Shown here in pieces: positions 52,465 through 64,000 of a stretch of 64,000 nt of DNA. Each line of letters begins with the position of its first letter. Positions within the stretch are counted from its first letter, which is position 1. Origin of the DNA: the human T2T-CHM13v2.0 reference genome, Homo sapiens. The notes under the pieces are model-generated. The model saw nothing but the letters and a program-made list of their open reading frames with translations, had not been told where the DNA came from and ran no database searches. The translations under genes and the position numbers were made by a program. The stretch lies in assembly GCF_009914755.1 (NCBI RefSeq), contig NC_060930.1. The stretch is one strand, 5' to 3'.

Positions 52465-53430
52465 TTAATAAACATTATTTTTCAGAAAGTTTTAGGTTCA
52501 CAGTAAAATTGAGCAAATTACAGAGAATTTCCATGTACCCTCCCTCGGTCCCCAGTTTGTGGATTGTCTTCTCTTTCTCTTGACATTGTCTTTAGCAGAA
52601 TGGAAGTTTTCTATCTGAATGAAGTCTTATTTACCAATTATTTCTTTCATGGATTGTATTTTTGGTATTGTAGCTAAAAAAATCATCACCAAACCCAAGA
52701 TCATCTAGATTTTCTACTGTGTTATCTTCCTACAGTTTTATTTTGTATTGTATTTTTTTTAGTTTTGTGGGTTGCATTTAGTTCTATAATGCATTTTCAG
52801 TTAATGTTTGTGAATGGTGTAAAAGTTTGTTTCTAAGTCCATGTTTTTTTAATGTAAATGTCTGGTTGACCAGGTCTTGTCTTTGGCCCTTTGTCAAAGA
52901 CCAGTTGACTAGAATCACATGGTCTATTACCGGGCTCTCTATTTTGTTCCACTGATTTATTCATCTATATTTTCAACAACACTGTCTTGATTACTATAGC
53001 TTTATACTAGATCTTGAAGTGCAGTAGTGTTAGTCCTCTGACTTTGCTCTTTTTCTTCACTATTGATTTGGCTAATCCGGACCTTTTACCTTTCATAGAA
53101 ACTTCAGAATAAGTTTGTCCACAAAATAACTTGCTGGGATTTTGATTGGTATTGCAATAAATCTATTACTCAAGTTGGAAAGAACTAACATCTTGACAAT
53201 ATTGAGTCTTCCTGTACATGAACATGGAATATCTCACCACTTACTTAGGTCTTCTTTGATATTGTTAATTAGAGTTTTGTCATTTTCCTCATGTAAACAT
53301 TTAATATATTTTATCAGATTTATACGTAAGTGTTTTATTTGGAGGATTGATGTAAATAGTATTTTTTTAATTTCAAATACTGCCAGCTCACTGCTTGTAT
53401 ATAAGAAAGTTGTTGACTTTTGTGTATTAC
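52465..53430 (-). mobile_element. L1MC/L1MD-type element with internal deletion
   Basis: 3' end AGTTTTAGGTTCACAGTAAAATTGAGC is joined at ~52553 to ORF2 sequence; ORF 53234-53449(-) NTQKSTTFLYTS...HLRINL.K...EENDKTLINNIKEDLSKW is L1 ORF2. Confidence 0.82.
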
Positions 53431-56161
53431 TGTCTTTGATATTTTTCACCTCTTTATCACTCTGTGTTTCACCTTGGTAAATTTTCCAGGTTTTTAAAGG
53501 TTTACCATTTTCATCCTGAATTGTTCCTTAAATGGTGTTTATCCCATCTAATGAGTTTCTCAGGAAACATGAAAATATTGCTCTTTTACAAATGGTCTTA
53601 TACTTTCTAAATGTCTTTTTTATAGAGATTTTATTAAAACTATTTTATTAACTATTTTAAGCATATTTATTTATTTTATATTGTTTTTTATTTTTTTGTA
53701 CTGCATTGAGTTCTTGGGGCTGAGTTTGCCATATTTGTTGAGTCTGTTGATTCAGGGGCCAAGTAGATTGTTCTCTTTTACATTTTGTAAATTTTGTCAT
53801 TATATTTTAACTTAACTTTATTTCTTAGTATATGTGTGTGTTGGTATCCCTATAGTATTGGTTGTGGAAATTATCTCCTGAGTGCCTTTTCTATGCTTCT
53901 GCCAAATATCCCAGATTTATCACTAGAGGGTACAAATTTTTATCATTAATTTTTTATTGGAGTTATGCAGACCTCATGGATAATTCTGAACCTAAATCTA
54001 TTCAAGATAAAGTTTTTGGATTTTGATTTCTCAGAAGAGACATATTTTTGTTTTACCCAGGGACAAGGCAAAATAAAATAATATTATTATCTTTTATTTG
54101 AGCCAATTGTTGGGTATATTTTCCTACTTTCCTACAAATGTTTATTTATTTATTTATTTTGAGCACTGACTATTTAGGAGCTAATAAACACCCAGACGTT
54201 AGCTCCCATATGAACAATAAACAGAATCCCTATGTTTTGAACACCAAATTTTTCTGAAACCATGGACAGTTTAGAAATTGTATTTCATTTTTTCCTACAT
54301 TTTTCTCTTCAATTCCCTTCCATTTTTAGCAACTCACACTTGCATTCAAAATTATTTTAATTAATTATTTTCTTTCAAGGATTTCTAGTTATTTGAGCAG
54401 ATGGATTTTACATTTTGTCCATCTGCTATTTTGATGGAAAGAGATATAATACTCAAAATTAGTGGACATCCTAACTAGAGGAAGAACCAAGATGATCACA
54501 TAAAGCAATGCTCCCAAACATCTATTGTAGCCCACCTATAAGGTAATAATAAATCTATAGCTTACTGACGTGGACCGTATAAGCTTCTTTTTACTTTGTG
54601 GCAACCAGCTTAGGCATCTGGCCACCCAATCTCCATTCAGCTATGAGGGAGGCTGGTATCATAACTCTGCACTCCTCTAACCTATTTGTAAGCACATTGT
54701 GTTCCTCAGCACACAGGTTAGGAAACCCTGATAAATAAAATTAATGTCTTATTGTCTTCATTTTTTATAATTTTAACAGTATAATATCTTAGCATACTTG
54801 TTAAAACTAAAATTTTTATACCTATATACATTTATACACACTAGAAGCATAGTGTAGCAAAAATTGTATTTTCCCCCATTCTCTACTATGAATATTTTCT
54901 TAAAAATACCAATTTATTTTATAACATTTTGAAAGAAAAACAAGACATACAAAATTAACAATAATCCTAATACCAAAAGACAAAAATTACTTGTAACTTC
55001 AGTTTCTGACATGCATATCTGGTACAGAGTGTGTGCTCAATAATATTTATTTACTTGAATGAGTTCAAAATTTTTGTAGAATTTTAAACAACATTTTACT
55101 TTGTATATTTAATTACATATAATTGCTGTCTTTGTACATGTAAGTACAGTTTTATGTCCAGCTGTATTTTCTTTTTCACCCAACATTCTAATGTGATTAT
55201 ATCAAGATACATTTGTATGCACGTGACAGAACAGGAAATCAAACTGGTTGAGGGGGGAAAAAGTTAGTTGTTAGAAAGATAAAAGCTTATATCAAACAAC
55301 TGAAGGAAATTTTAACCTTCGGTCTCTGAAAAGATGAATGCTCTTACTTAGTTTCAAGAACTACCAGACACTCAAACCATCGCTGGAATCTCTCTGACAT
55401 GTTTTTGATTCCTCTTTGTATATCTAGCTCAGGCTGAACATCCTATCTTATAGCTTTTATCGGCAAAAAGAACTATTTATGATTTCTCTGATCCCACATT
55501 TAAAAAAATAAGTCAGAACAGAATTATGATAGATCATTTCCCAGAACAAAGTAGACATAATTCTATAAGAAAAGGATAGTATTTGAAAGGAACAGCAATA
55601 TATGTGTTATCGAGTGTAACTTTAATTGCCAATTTAAGCTTTTTATGGTTTTTTTTTTTTTTTTTTTTTTTTACATAATGGGCATTGTAGTGGATGCCCC
55701 AGAATTTGCTTACCTATTCTGTTTCCAAGAAGTACATTGTTCTTATATTCAATGTTGTAATAGAGTTTTTTTGGTTGTTTGTCATTATCTTGTACAATTC
55801 CCTTAGAACATATTTTCAAAATTAATTTCTGGGAAATACACAGAGAATATACAATAAATAATGTATTTGAGTTTATGTACATCTTAGCCTTGATTATTAT
55901 ATTTTAAATTTTCACTTGAGTGTTGATATTGACTTTCTCTCCCTCTTTCCCTATCTCTCTTTTTTTATGTTTTTTAGGAGAATGTTTTATCCAGTGTTTC
56001 ATATCATTGGCACAACGAACATCAGTAAAGATGGAAATTGGTTTACTATGAATTGTAAAGAAATACTTTTATATACTGAAACTCGTATTTATATTTAGCT
56101 TTGTGATACCAGATGGAAGTCTTGCTCAATGACATATATTTAAAACAAATGAAATAAGTTA

Positions 56162-56244
56162 TATTACATTGACCATATGAAATTTATTATTGTTATAACT
56201 TAAATGTGGTTAACATCAGCAATTCTATGTGGCTAAACCTAGTA
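56162..56244. mobile_element. MADE2-like mariner-derived palindromic MITE
   Basis: TATTACATTGACCATATGAAATT...ATCAGCAATTCTATGTGGCTAAACCTAGTA, ~80 bp with degenerate terminal inverted repeats. Confidence 0.7.
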
Positions 56245-56779
56245 TATCAGTTAGGAACTTTTTTAAACCTGAAAATAGAAGAATAACTGGACAATAGTAA
56301 CATAAAACAAATATAAGCAAATTTTTTTCTTACATAACAAGAAGTCTGGAAGTGGTTGCAGATGTTGGTTTTAGCAGAACAATGTTTGCAGAGATACAAG
56401 TTCCTTCTATTCCTTTTACTCACTGTCTTATGTATTTCATTTGTATGCTTGTTCACCTCACATTCACCAAATTGCTGTTATGACTGTAGACAACATATTT
56501 GTATAATGGGAGAAGATAGGGTCAGAAGAAGACCATGGTACCAGCTCTGTCTATTCCTTTCTACCAGGAAAGAAAATATCTTTTTCTCAAAATTCCCAGT
56601 ATACCACTGTTGACAACTCATTGAATAAAACAGTGTTGTGGTCACATTTGTCTGCAAAGAAAGCAGGTATAATAAGTATTTAGCTGGGCACATTGTAGTC
56701 CTGAGCTTTAGTAATTCTCTTGGTAAAGTATATAAAAGAGAAATAGGGATTGGGACTGTAATTCACAGGGTCTTCCACA
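56245..56779 (-). mobile_element. MLT1J/K-type MaLR LTR
   Basis: TATCAGTTAGGA...CTTACATAACAAGAAGTCTGGAAGTGG...ATTTAGCTGGGCACATTG...GTCTTCCACA. Confidence 0.72.
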
Positions 56780-58237
56780 GGGTATTTTCTTACTAAATTC
56801 AGTACTATGTAAAGCCAGAACAACTTCAGAATCTCTACATTACAAGAAGTATTAAAAAGGACTTTAAACATCATAAGCATGATCTTTGGTCTTAATAAGC
56901 ATATTAATAAAATAAGTATAAGCATAAGTTTAAATATTAATAAGCATAGGCTTTATTATCTTAAACATTGTGTATGACAGAAGAGAAGTTTATGCAATTG
57001 TTTCCAGAGTTGGTACACTTAATGGTACCAACTTTTTTTTCCTTATTGAAACTCTGTTATGACTACTTTAAAGACAATCCTGCATAGCGGGCATCTAGAA
57101 TCCGCTAATAGCTGGGTGACCACTGTAGTTCATACCTGACCAAACATCCCTGAAGAAATTATGGAGCTGACTCGCCAAAAGTCAATTTGCATTAGGAACT
57201 TTGAAGCCTCCGGAGAAATGCATACTATCCTCAGGGTAGAAATATTCAGATATGAGAAGCTTGGCCTTAAAACAAAGCCTTTGTATTGGGATGGAGTGGT
57301 GAATCAGATTCTAGCACTGTTCTGAAACATGGATTTGTTCCTCCATCCAACGTGACTCCTTTCCACAATTAGAGTCATTCATGTCGGATCTTGGGGTAGA
57401 GAGGGCAGGGCATGATTTATACATGAGAAATGATTTGTAAACAGTTTGCAGTCATACTCACTAAATTCAGTTATTGGAACCCAAGTAGCTTCGTTAGTAG
57501 AATGTAGCATAAAAATGAGGGACAAACATTCTTCTCCACTCAGCAGCACAGTATTTATGAAGAAACATATTGCTTCTAATGTAGCAGGCAGTGGCAGTGC
57601 CTGGTGTACATATAGATCCACAAGGTAAGCTGCTGTTCCTGGCGTGAGTAGATACGCATCAGTCTAGGCAAGAATGCCAAGTGTAAGAGGAAGGCTCAGA
57701 AACCACAGCTGTACCCAACACAAGTGACACTGGTCAAAAGCAGAGCCCAGCATGAGAAACTGTGAGAATCAGCAGAGATGGGACTTCTAAGTGGTCATGG
57801 TGCCCTCCAGGAGATTGAGCTACAGTTAAAAAGTAAGAAGTAGAGAATGCAGTGTGATAGCTGATTAGTAAACTTATCATATTTGTTTGTGTGTGGGTAG
57901 TATGCTCTCGAGAAATTCTTATGAGCACTTTTTCAGTAGTTATGACTTATCTTTAGCACCTGTGGGCAAGAGTCATTGGAATATACATTACATCTACAAA
58001 TGAATATTTATCTCTGAGATGAGCTGTTCGCAGTTTAATAAAAGTAGGACAGAATAACAGCAAATATTTGGCTTTGCGTATATGTCTGTGGATCTATTGC
58101 AAGGTCTTAAACATTTCCCATTCTTGGTCCTGGAGCCCTTTTTGCTCTCAGATGGATTCTCAAACAAGAAATGAAAAAGGTAAGGGAGCTAAAAGCAATT
58201 TAGAGTATTTAAAAAAATACCCATTATCATTCTAGAA

Positions 58238-58914
<677 letters not shown>

Positions 58915-58989
58915 TTCTAGGAGCATAAATTAACTCATTTGATGTCTGTAAGAACATAACAGAGTGGAATAGTTACAATTCCTATTATG

Positions 58990-59470
58990 CATATAACGTA
59001 TATATTATATATATACTGTTTATATATATTATATATGTATATATGTATGTATTATATATTATACATACATATATACATATATAATATTATACTGTTTATT
59101 CATATATAATATACATATTACATGTATTATTATATGTACATTATTTATACATATTATATGTATTACTATTATATATTATATGTATTATTATATGTATTAC
59201 ATATATTTAATATGTATATGTATTATATATTGTATGTATTAAAACTATATATATGTATTATTATATGTATATACAATATACATATTATATATGCATATAT
59301 AATATATAAATAAGCTATATAAAAATATATATTTATATATAATATATAAATATATAAAAATATAAATAAATAAAATATAAATAAAAATATATATAAATAA
59401 ATAATTATATATATATAAACTATATATATAAGTTAAAAAATTATATATATATAATATATATATATAAATA
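58990..59470. repeat. ~480-bp TA-rich low-complexity tract inside a MIR
   Basis: Interrupted (TA)n/(TATG)n/(TAAA)n; flanks CAATTCCTATTATG and AAACTGAGGCCAAG...TAAGTGGTAAAACCAG match an antisense MIR. Confidence 0.9.
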
Positions 59471-60078
59471 AACTGAGGCCAAGAAAGATTTGCTGTCTGA
59501 CTTAAGGACACACAGTAAGTGGTAAAACCAGTATTCATACCAAGGTAAGTCTGATAAATTTAATATTCTTTTGATATATGGAAATTTCTATTAAGTGGCA
59601 GCGGTTTTCTAGAGGGCTGTGCTGAGATGGACAGCAAGGTCTTGCTATGGCTCAGCAGCAAGAAGCATAGCGATGAATTTGCAATATCTTCTGTGAGTAG
59701 GAGAGGTAAGGGTGGCAGCAGCTGCTGTAAATAATTATTTCTCCATCTCTAACAGGTGAAAACAGAACTAATGATGTTTTCTGATTTTGAGAATTCCAGA
59801 ATGATTAGGGTTTCATCTGCACTACTAACAACTTCAGCTCCAAAGAGGACTTTCACAAATGAGCTGGTTTGTGTTGAGATTTCCAAGTGCCTGCATTTTG
59901 ATCATTTTATCACACAATAGTGGCTCATGCTGTCCCCACTATGACTTCTGTGTCCCCACACCTCTTCTCTGGCTGCCGCTGCCATTTTGGTCTGCTTACA
60001 GGTGTGAGATTTGATAATATTCTACTGCTTCTGATACTATATTTCTATCTTGTACATAGTTTAGTCCCAGGCTAACTT

Positions 60079-60262
60079 TTTTTTATTATTATTATACTTT
60101 AAGTTTTAGGGTACATGTGCACATTGTGCAGGTTAGATACATATGTATACATGTGCCATGCTGGTGCACTGCACCCACTAACTCGTCATCTAGCATTAGG
60201 TATATCTCCCAATGCTATCCCTCCCCCCTCCCCCCACCCCACCACAAGGGGAATATCACACT
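60079..60262 (-). mobile_element. L1PA2-type 3' end (~185 bp) with a micro 5' inversion
   Basis: Antisense of GATGACGAGTTAGTGGG (GAG, non-Ta) and AACTTAAAGTAT; 12-bp TSD CCAGGCTAACTT (60067-60078 / 60263-60274). Confidence 0.95.
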
Positions 60263-60597
60263 CCAGGCTAACTTCTAAAGGCTGGCTGGAGACAATCTTC
60301 CAGGATGCTGCAGACTATTTACCTAGAAAGTCCTCACTCTTTAATGGTTCCATTCAATGCTGATGTCAAGAAATTCTGTGTCACATCAAGACTGTCAAGA
60401 CTGAAAGTAAGGGGCAGTGTGGAGGAAAGTGTTGAAGGAAGGGCTTCTCAACTTTCTTTTTTGTCAAACTCATCCCTATTCTTCTTTTTCTAGGCTTATG
60501 TAATTTTTGAATTGGCTTTTTTGTTGTTGCTCAATATAATTGTTAATCTTTGGTTTATAACAACTGGTAGGAGTCCTCATGTGTGCTGGGCTTTAGC

Positions 60598-60779
60598 TTT
60601 TAAAACTCATGTGATCATATAGGGCCCACTGAATAATCCAGAATAATCTTACTACCTTGTGGTCAACAGAACTTTCATCTTAACAACATCTGCAAAGTTC
60701 CATTTGCCATGTCACTTAACATGTTAATAGGTATAACACAGGGGTCAAAGGCCATTGGGAACAAAGTTCTCCCACCACA
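60598..60779 (-). mobile_element. MLT1D/E-type LTR fragment
   Basis: CTCATGTGATCATATAGGGCCCACTGAATAATCCAGAATAATCT...ACATCTGCAAAGTTCCATTTGCCATGT...CCCACCACA. Confidence 0.75.
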
Positions 60780-60899
60780 CAAGTGTTTATACAATATGAC
60801 AATAACACAGATTAATATGTAGCATAGTAAATTCTCAACATATGTGCAGAATAATCTTGCCTTGAACATGTACATCTGGTCAGTTGGAGAAGTAGAAAA

Positions 60900-61060
60900 G
60901 CCTCTTTAGACCTTGCTTAGACAGTGTCTGAGTTTAAGTTACATGATTTAATCTCTCAGTGCCTCTGTATTTTTATCTTGAAGCAAGAATGATACATTTT
61001 ATCATACCTAACTCACTGGACTGATGTAAACATTACAGGAAGTAAATGAATAGTAAACTT
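60900..61060 (+). mobile_element. MIR fragment
   Basis: AAGTTAC..GATTTAATCTCTCAGTGCCTCTGTATTTTTATCT...ACCTAACTCAC. Confidence 0.55.
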
Positions 61061-63359
61061 ACTATCTCAAGAATTTAGTATCCGTCTTTTATTTTTCATC
61101 ACTGAGAACAGATCTTAATTAGAATCACAAATCTTCATTATAAAGAGGAAAGGAAAAAGTAATTGTCTAGAATAGTATATATTTAAAATTATTTAACTCT
61201 AATGAACTTTCAAAATCTTATGGAAAAACCCATATGGTGTGTGTAAGTGCAAATACATGGAAAAATTCGGATGAGGAATCTATTTCTTTTCATGTTTTAT
61301 TGTGCCAAGAGATAATGTAGTGCCTCGTTCTGAAATCTCATCTATCATACTGTGTTCTGTAAAGTGACAGAACATGATATGACATATTGATGAGCCCCAA
61401 TGTGACACAAAGCATGGTTTGTGGTCTGCGTGTAGGTAAAGATAATTAGAAAAACCCTGGAAAAGAGCAGTTTTGGAAGGATTTAATGAAGAATTATTAC
61501 GATAGATAAATAAGAGGTAAGACTGAGCATACCTTTTTAAATAAAATAAAACATACAGGATATCAGATGCTATCATCCTGACCCCCAAATTTTATAATTA
61601 TGTTTGGCATTTAACCTTTACATATGATTAAGATAGCAAACCTTATACCCACAGCATTCCCTTGTAAGAGGAGAATATGGTGATAGGAGGTAATTGAATT
61701 TTGTTCTGACCTGGTTTGGCCTCTGTGCGGAAGCAATTTGTGAATTATTTAGGAAAAAAGGAAAAGTATATTGCCTCAAGAGAGAATGCTGGGTGCAAAG
61801 AAGAATTTAGTTCAGTTGTGCTGTCTCTTAGAATACATCTGCTTTCCTAGCTTGAAATGAAAAACGAAATGGAAATTTCCATTCATCCTTATGCATTAAC
61901 AAGATCCCTTCTTTTCACTGCCATGCTTCATATGTCCCAAACTAGACCAATGGTGGATCTAAAACTTTACAAATCATGCTGGAAGCTTTGTTATTAGGAT
62001 GGCAATCTATGATTGAACCAATAAAGGGAAGTAACTCCACTGTAAATAAATTTGGCATGAATATTTGGGCTTCACAAACCAAGACTAAGGTACATTAAGA
62101 ACAACATTAAGTGCAGTTGTTAATCTTAGCAGTTCTATTGAGTTATATCTCCTTATATTTATACAATTTTAAAAAGGAACTATGGATTATTGGCATTAGA
62201 ATAGTGATGAAATGAGAAAAATAATTGCTTTTTTCATTCTTGCCCCTTTCTTTGTTTTTTAAAGTCCTATTTTATGTTGCGATTACATAACTTACTGTCT
62301 GTGAAAATTTTAAAAATGCCAATATTATCATTGTGCTTTAATACAAGTCACAAATATATTTAAAGAACACCATTCTCCAAAGATTATAAATATTTTACTT
62401 TTTATTGCCATCAATGGTATTGGCATGTATGTGAAAGCCAAAGGATCGGAATGAAAATGATTTAATAAAGAAATTCAAAACTAATGTAAAAAATGAAATT
62501 GCAACTGGGCTGTCACGGCCTTAGAGAGTTGAGGGGTCGGTATGAAACATTTTGTTTTATTTCTAAAGCTTTGATTGGCCTGCCAACATGCATTTGTGCT
62601 GTCACTCTGAGGGCCCTTCTAGTAGCACTGAAGTGGCAGGCAGCTCTTGATTGATGAGTGTTTGCATCCATTTTATTATTTGTTTTATATTTCTTCCCTG
62701 ACATGTTTAACTGAAAAAAAATCACACAAGAACCTTTGCAATTATGTGAGTCAACCCACATCAGAATTCCATTTCGGTGTATTTAGGAAACTGCAGCAAA
62801 AACAAACATACATACAAACACCACAGGTTACTTGGAGATAAGAAGATGATGTCAGTTCTGTAACATTATTAATATATTCCTGTTCAAGTAAGAGGCAACA
62901 AAAAAATCACATGCCAACAATTTTTTAAAAAGTTATAAGTTAGGCTAAAACTTTCTGAAATGGTTTCAAACATAAAACGATGTCTTTGGTAGTGAGCCAT
63001 TTTACTATTTCCCCACCGCAATTTTCACATGCAAAGGGGAAAAGACCCCAAGATTGAGACTTTAAATTTCAGCATTTGATTGCATAAATATTGGTAAGCA
63101 GTGTTTAAAGGCTAAAGTGGCCCTGTAATCAAAGACTCAGCATTCTCATTTCATGAAGTAATACAGGCTTGTACAGTGTTAATGTCATAAGTCTGAGATT
63201 GGCTCAATATACAGATTTGAGCATACATATTGGCATTAACTTGGTCCTTTAATTTGTGCCACCTGGCTGAATAAAAGGCATGAAAAATATATTCACCCTT
63301 TGATTTTTTTCTATCCCACAACAATGGAGCCAGTTTTTTTTTTTTTTTTTTTTTTTAAT

Positions 63360-63745
63360 CTGTTAGGGCTCTGTGTTTCACTTAAAAGGAAAGCAACTCA
63401 GACTGACTTAAACGATACATGACAAAAAAAGTGGGTTTTGTTTTTCTGCATTTGGCTGATTGCTTTCGGCTTTTATAACTGGAAGATCCAGGGATAGGGT
63501 GGAAATCAAGATTGACTTGCCTTAACTGCTCACGGAGTCATCACTCTGCAGGCCTTGTGCAGGGTCAGCTTATCGTCAGACTGACTTCTCTCGTAGTGGT
63601 AAAATGACAGTATAGATTTAGACTTTACATTCAACCACCCCACTGTCAAGAATTACTCACAAGATGTCTTCTTTCTCAGAATCCATTAAAAAATGTAAAT
63701 GTCCTATTTGGGTCAGATATTCTTTCTTGAACCAATATAAAAGGG
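63360..63745 (-). mobile_element. Old MaLR LTR (MLT1K-like)
   Basis: TGTTAGGGCTCTG...CAACTCAGACTGACTTAAAC...TAACTGGAAGATCCAGGG...TTGGGTCA...TTGAACCAAT. Confidence 0.55.
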
Positions 63746-63830
63746 AGGTTGACAATGACCAAATTCCAAATACAAATCAAAATCAATTTAAGAAAATTTT
63801 AAGACCCGTGAGTTAAGAATTAGTACTTGA

Positions 63831-64000
63831 GGCCGGGCGTGGTGGCTCATGCCTGTAATCCCAGCACTTTGGGAGGCCGAGGCGGGTGGATCTCAAGGGG
63901 AGATTGAGACCATCCTGGCTAACACGGTGAAACCCCGTCTCTACTAAAAACATAAAAAATTAGCCGGGCGTGGTGGCGGGCGCCTGTAGTACCAGCTACT
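63831..64000 (+). mobile_element. AluY, truncated by the window end
   Basis: GGCCGGGCGTGGTGGCTCATGCC...GAGACCATCCTGGCTAACACGGTG. Confidence 0.95.

Noticed and set aside
54504-54730. Possible hAT MITE (CAATGCTCCCAAAC...GGTTAGGAAACCCTG)
   Set aside because: Ends are suggestive but too diverged to assign a family.
59122-59538. Tyr/Ile-rich ORFs
   Set aside because: Translation of the TA low-complexity tract.

Overview
AT-rich, repeat-dense primate (most likely human) non-coding DNA, either intergenic or deep intronic. AluY and an L1PA2-type 3' end point to a hominoid genome. I find no credible protein-coding exon, RNA gene or CpG island. The ORF-track entries I could assign are Alu/L1/LTR read-through or decayed L1 ORF1/ORF2, and the rest look like chance ORFs. 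Main contents: a near-full-length old L1M element (1-6.85 kb, minus strand, endonuclease domain deleted); a decayed ERV-L provirus with gag/pro/RNaseH/IN/dUTPase remnants (7.6-11.1 kb); many MaLR/ERVL solo LTRs; about 12 Alus; L2 and MIR fragments; and a near-complete hAT-Blackjack transposase fossil with two nested Tigger MITEs (48.5-51.75 kb). The most notable structures are an L2-derived fold-back hairpin (20138-20310), two tandem Alus sharing a triplicated 16-bp target site, and three L1 twin-priming inversions, one with an inverted segment of only ~18 nt. I found no evidence strong enough to claim a new biological system. Repeat subfamily names come from my recall of consensus sequences and need RepeatMasker/Dfam confirmation; boundaries without TSDs are approximate.
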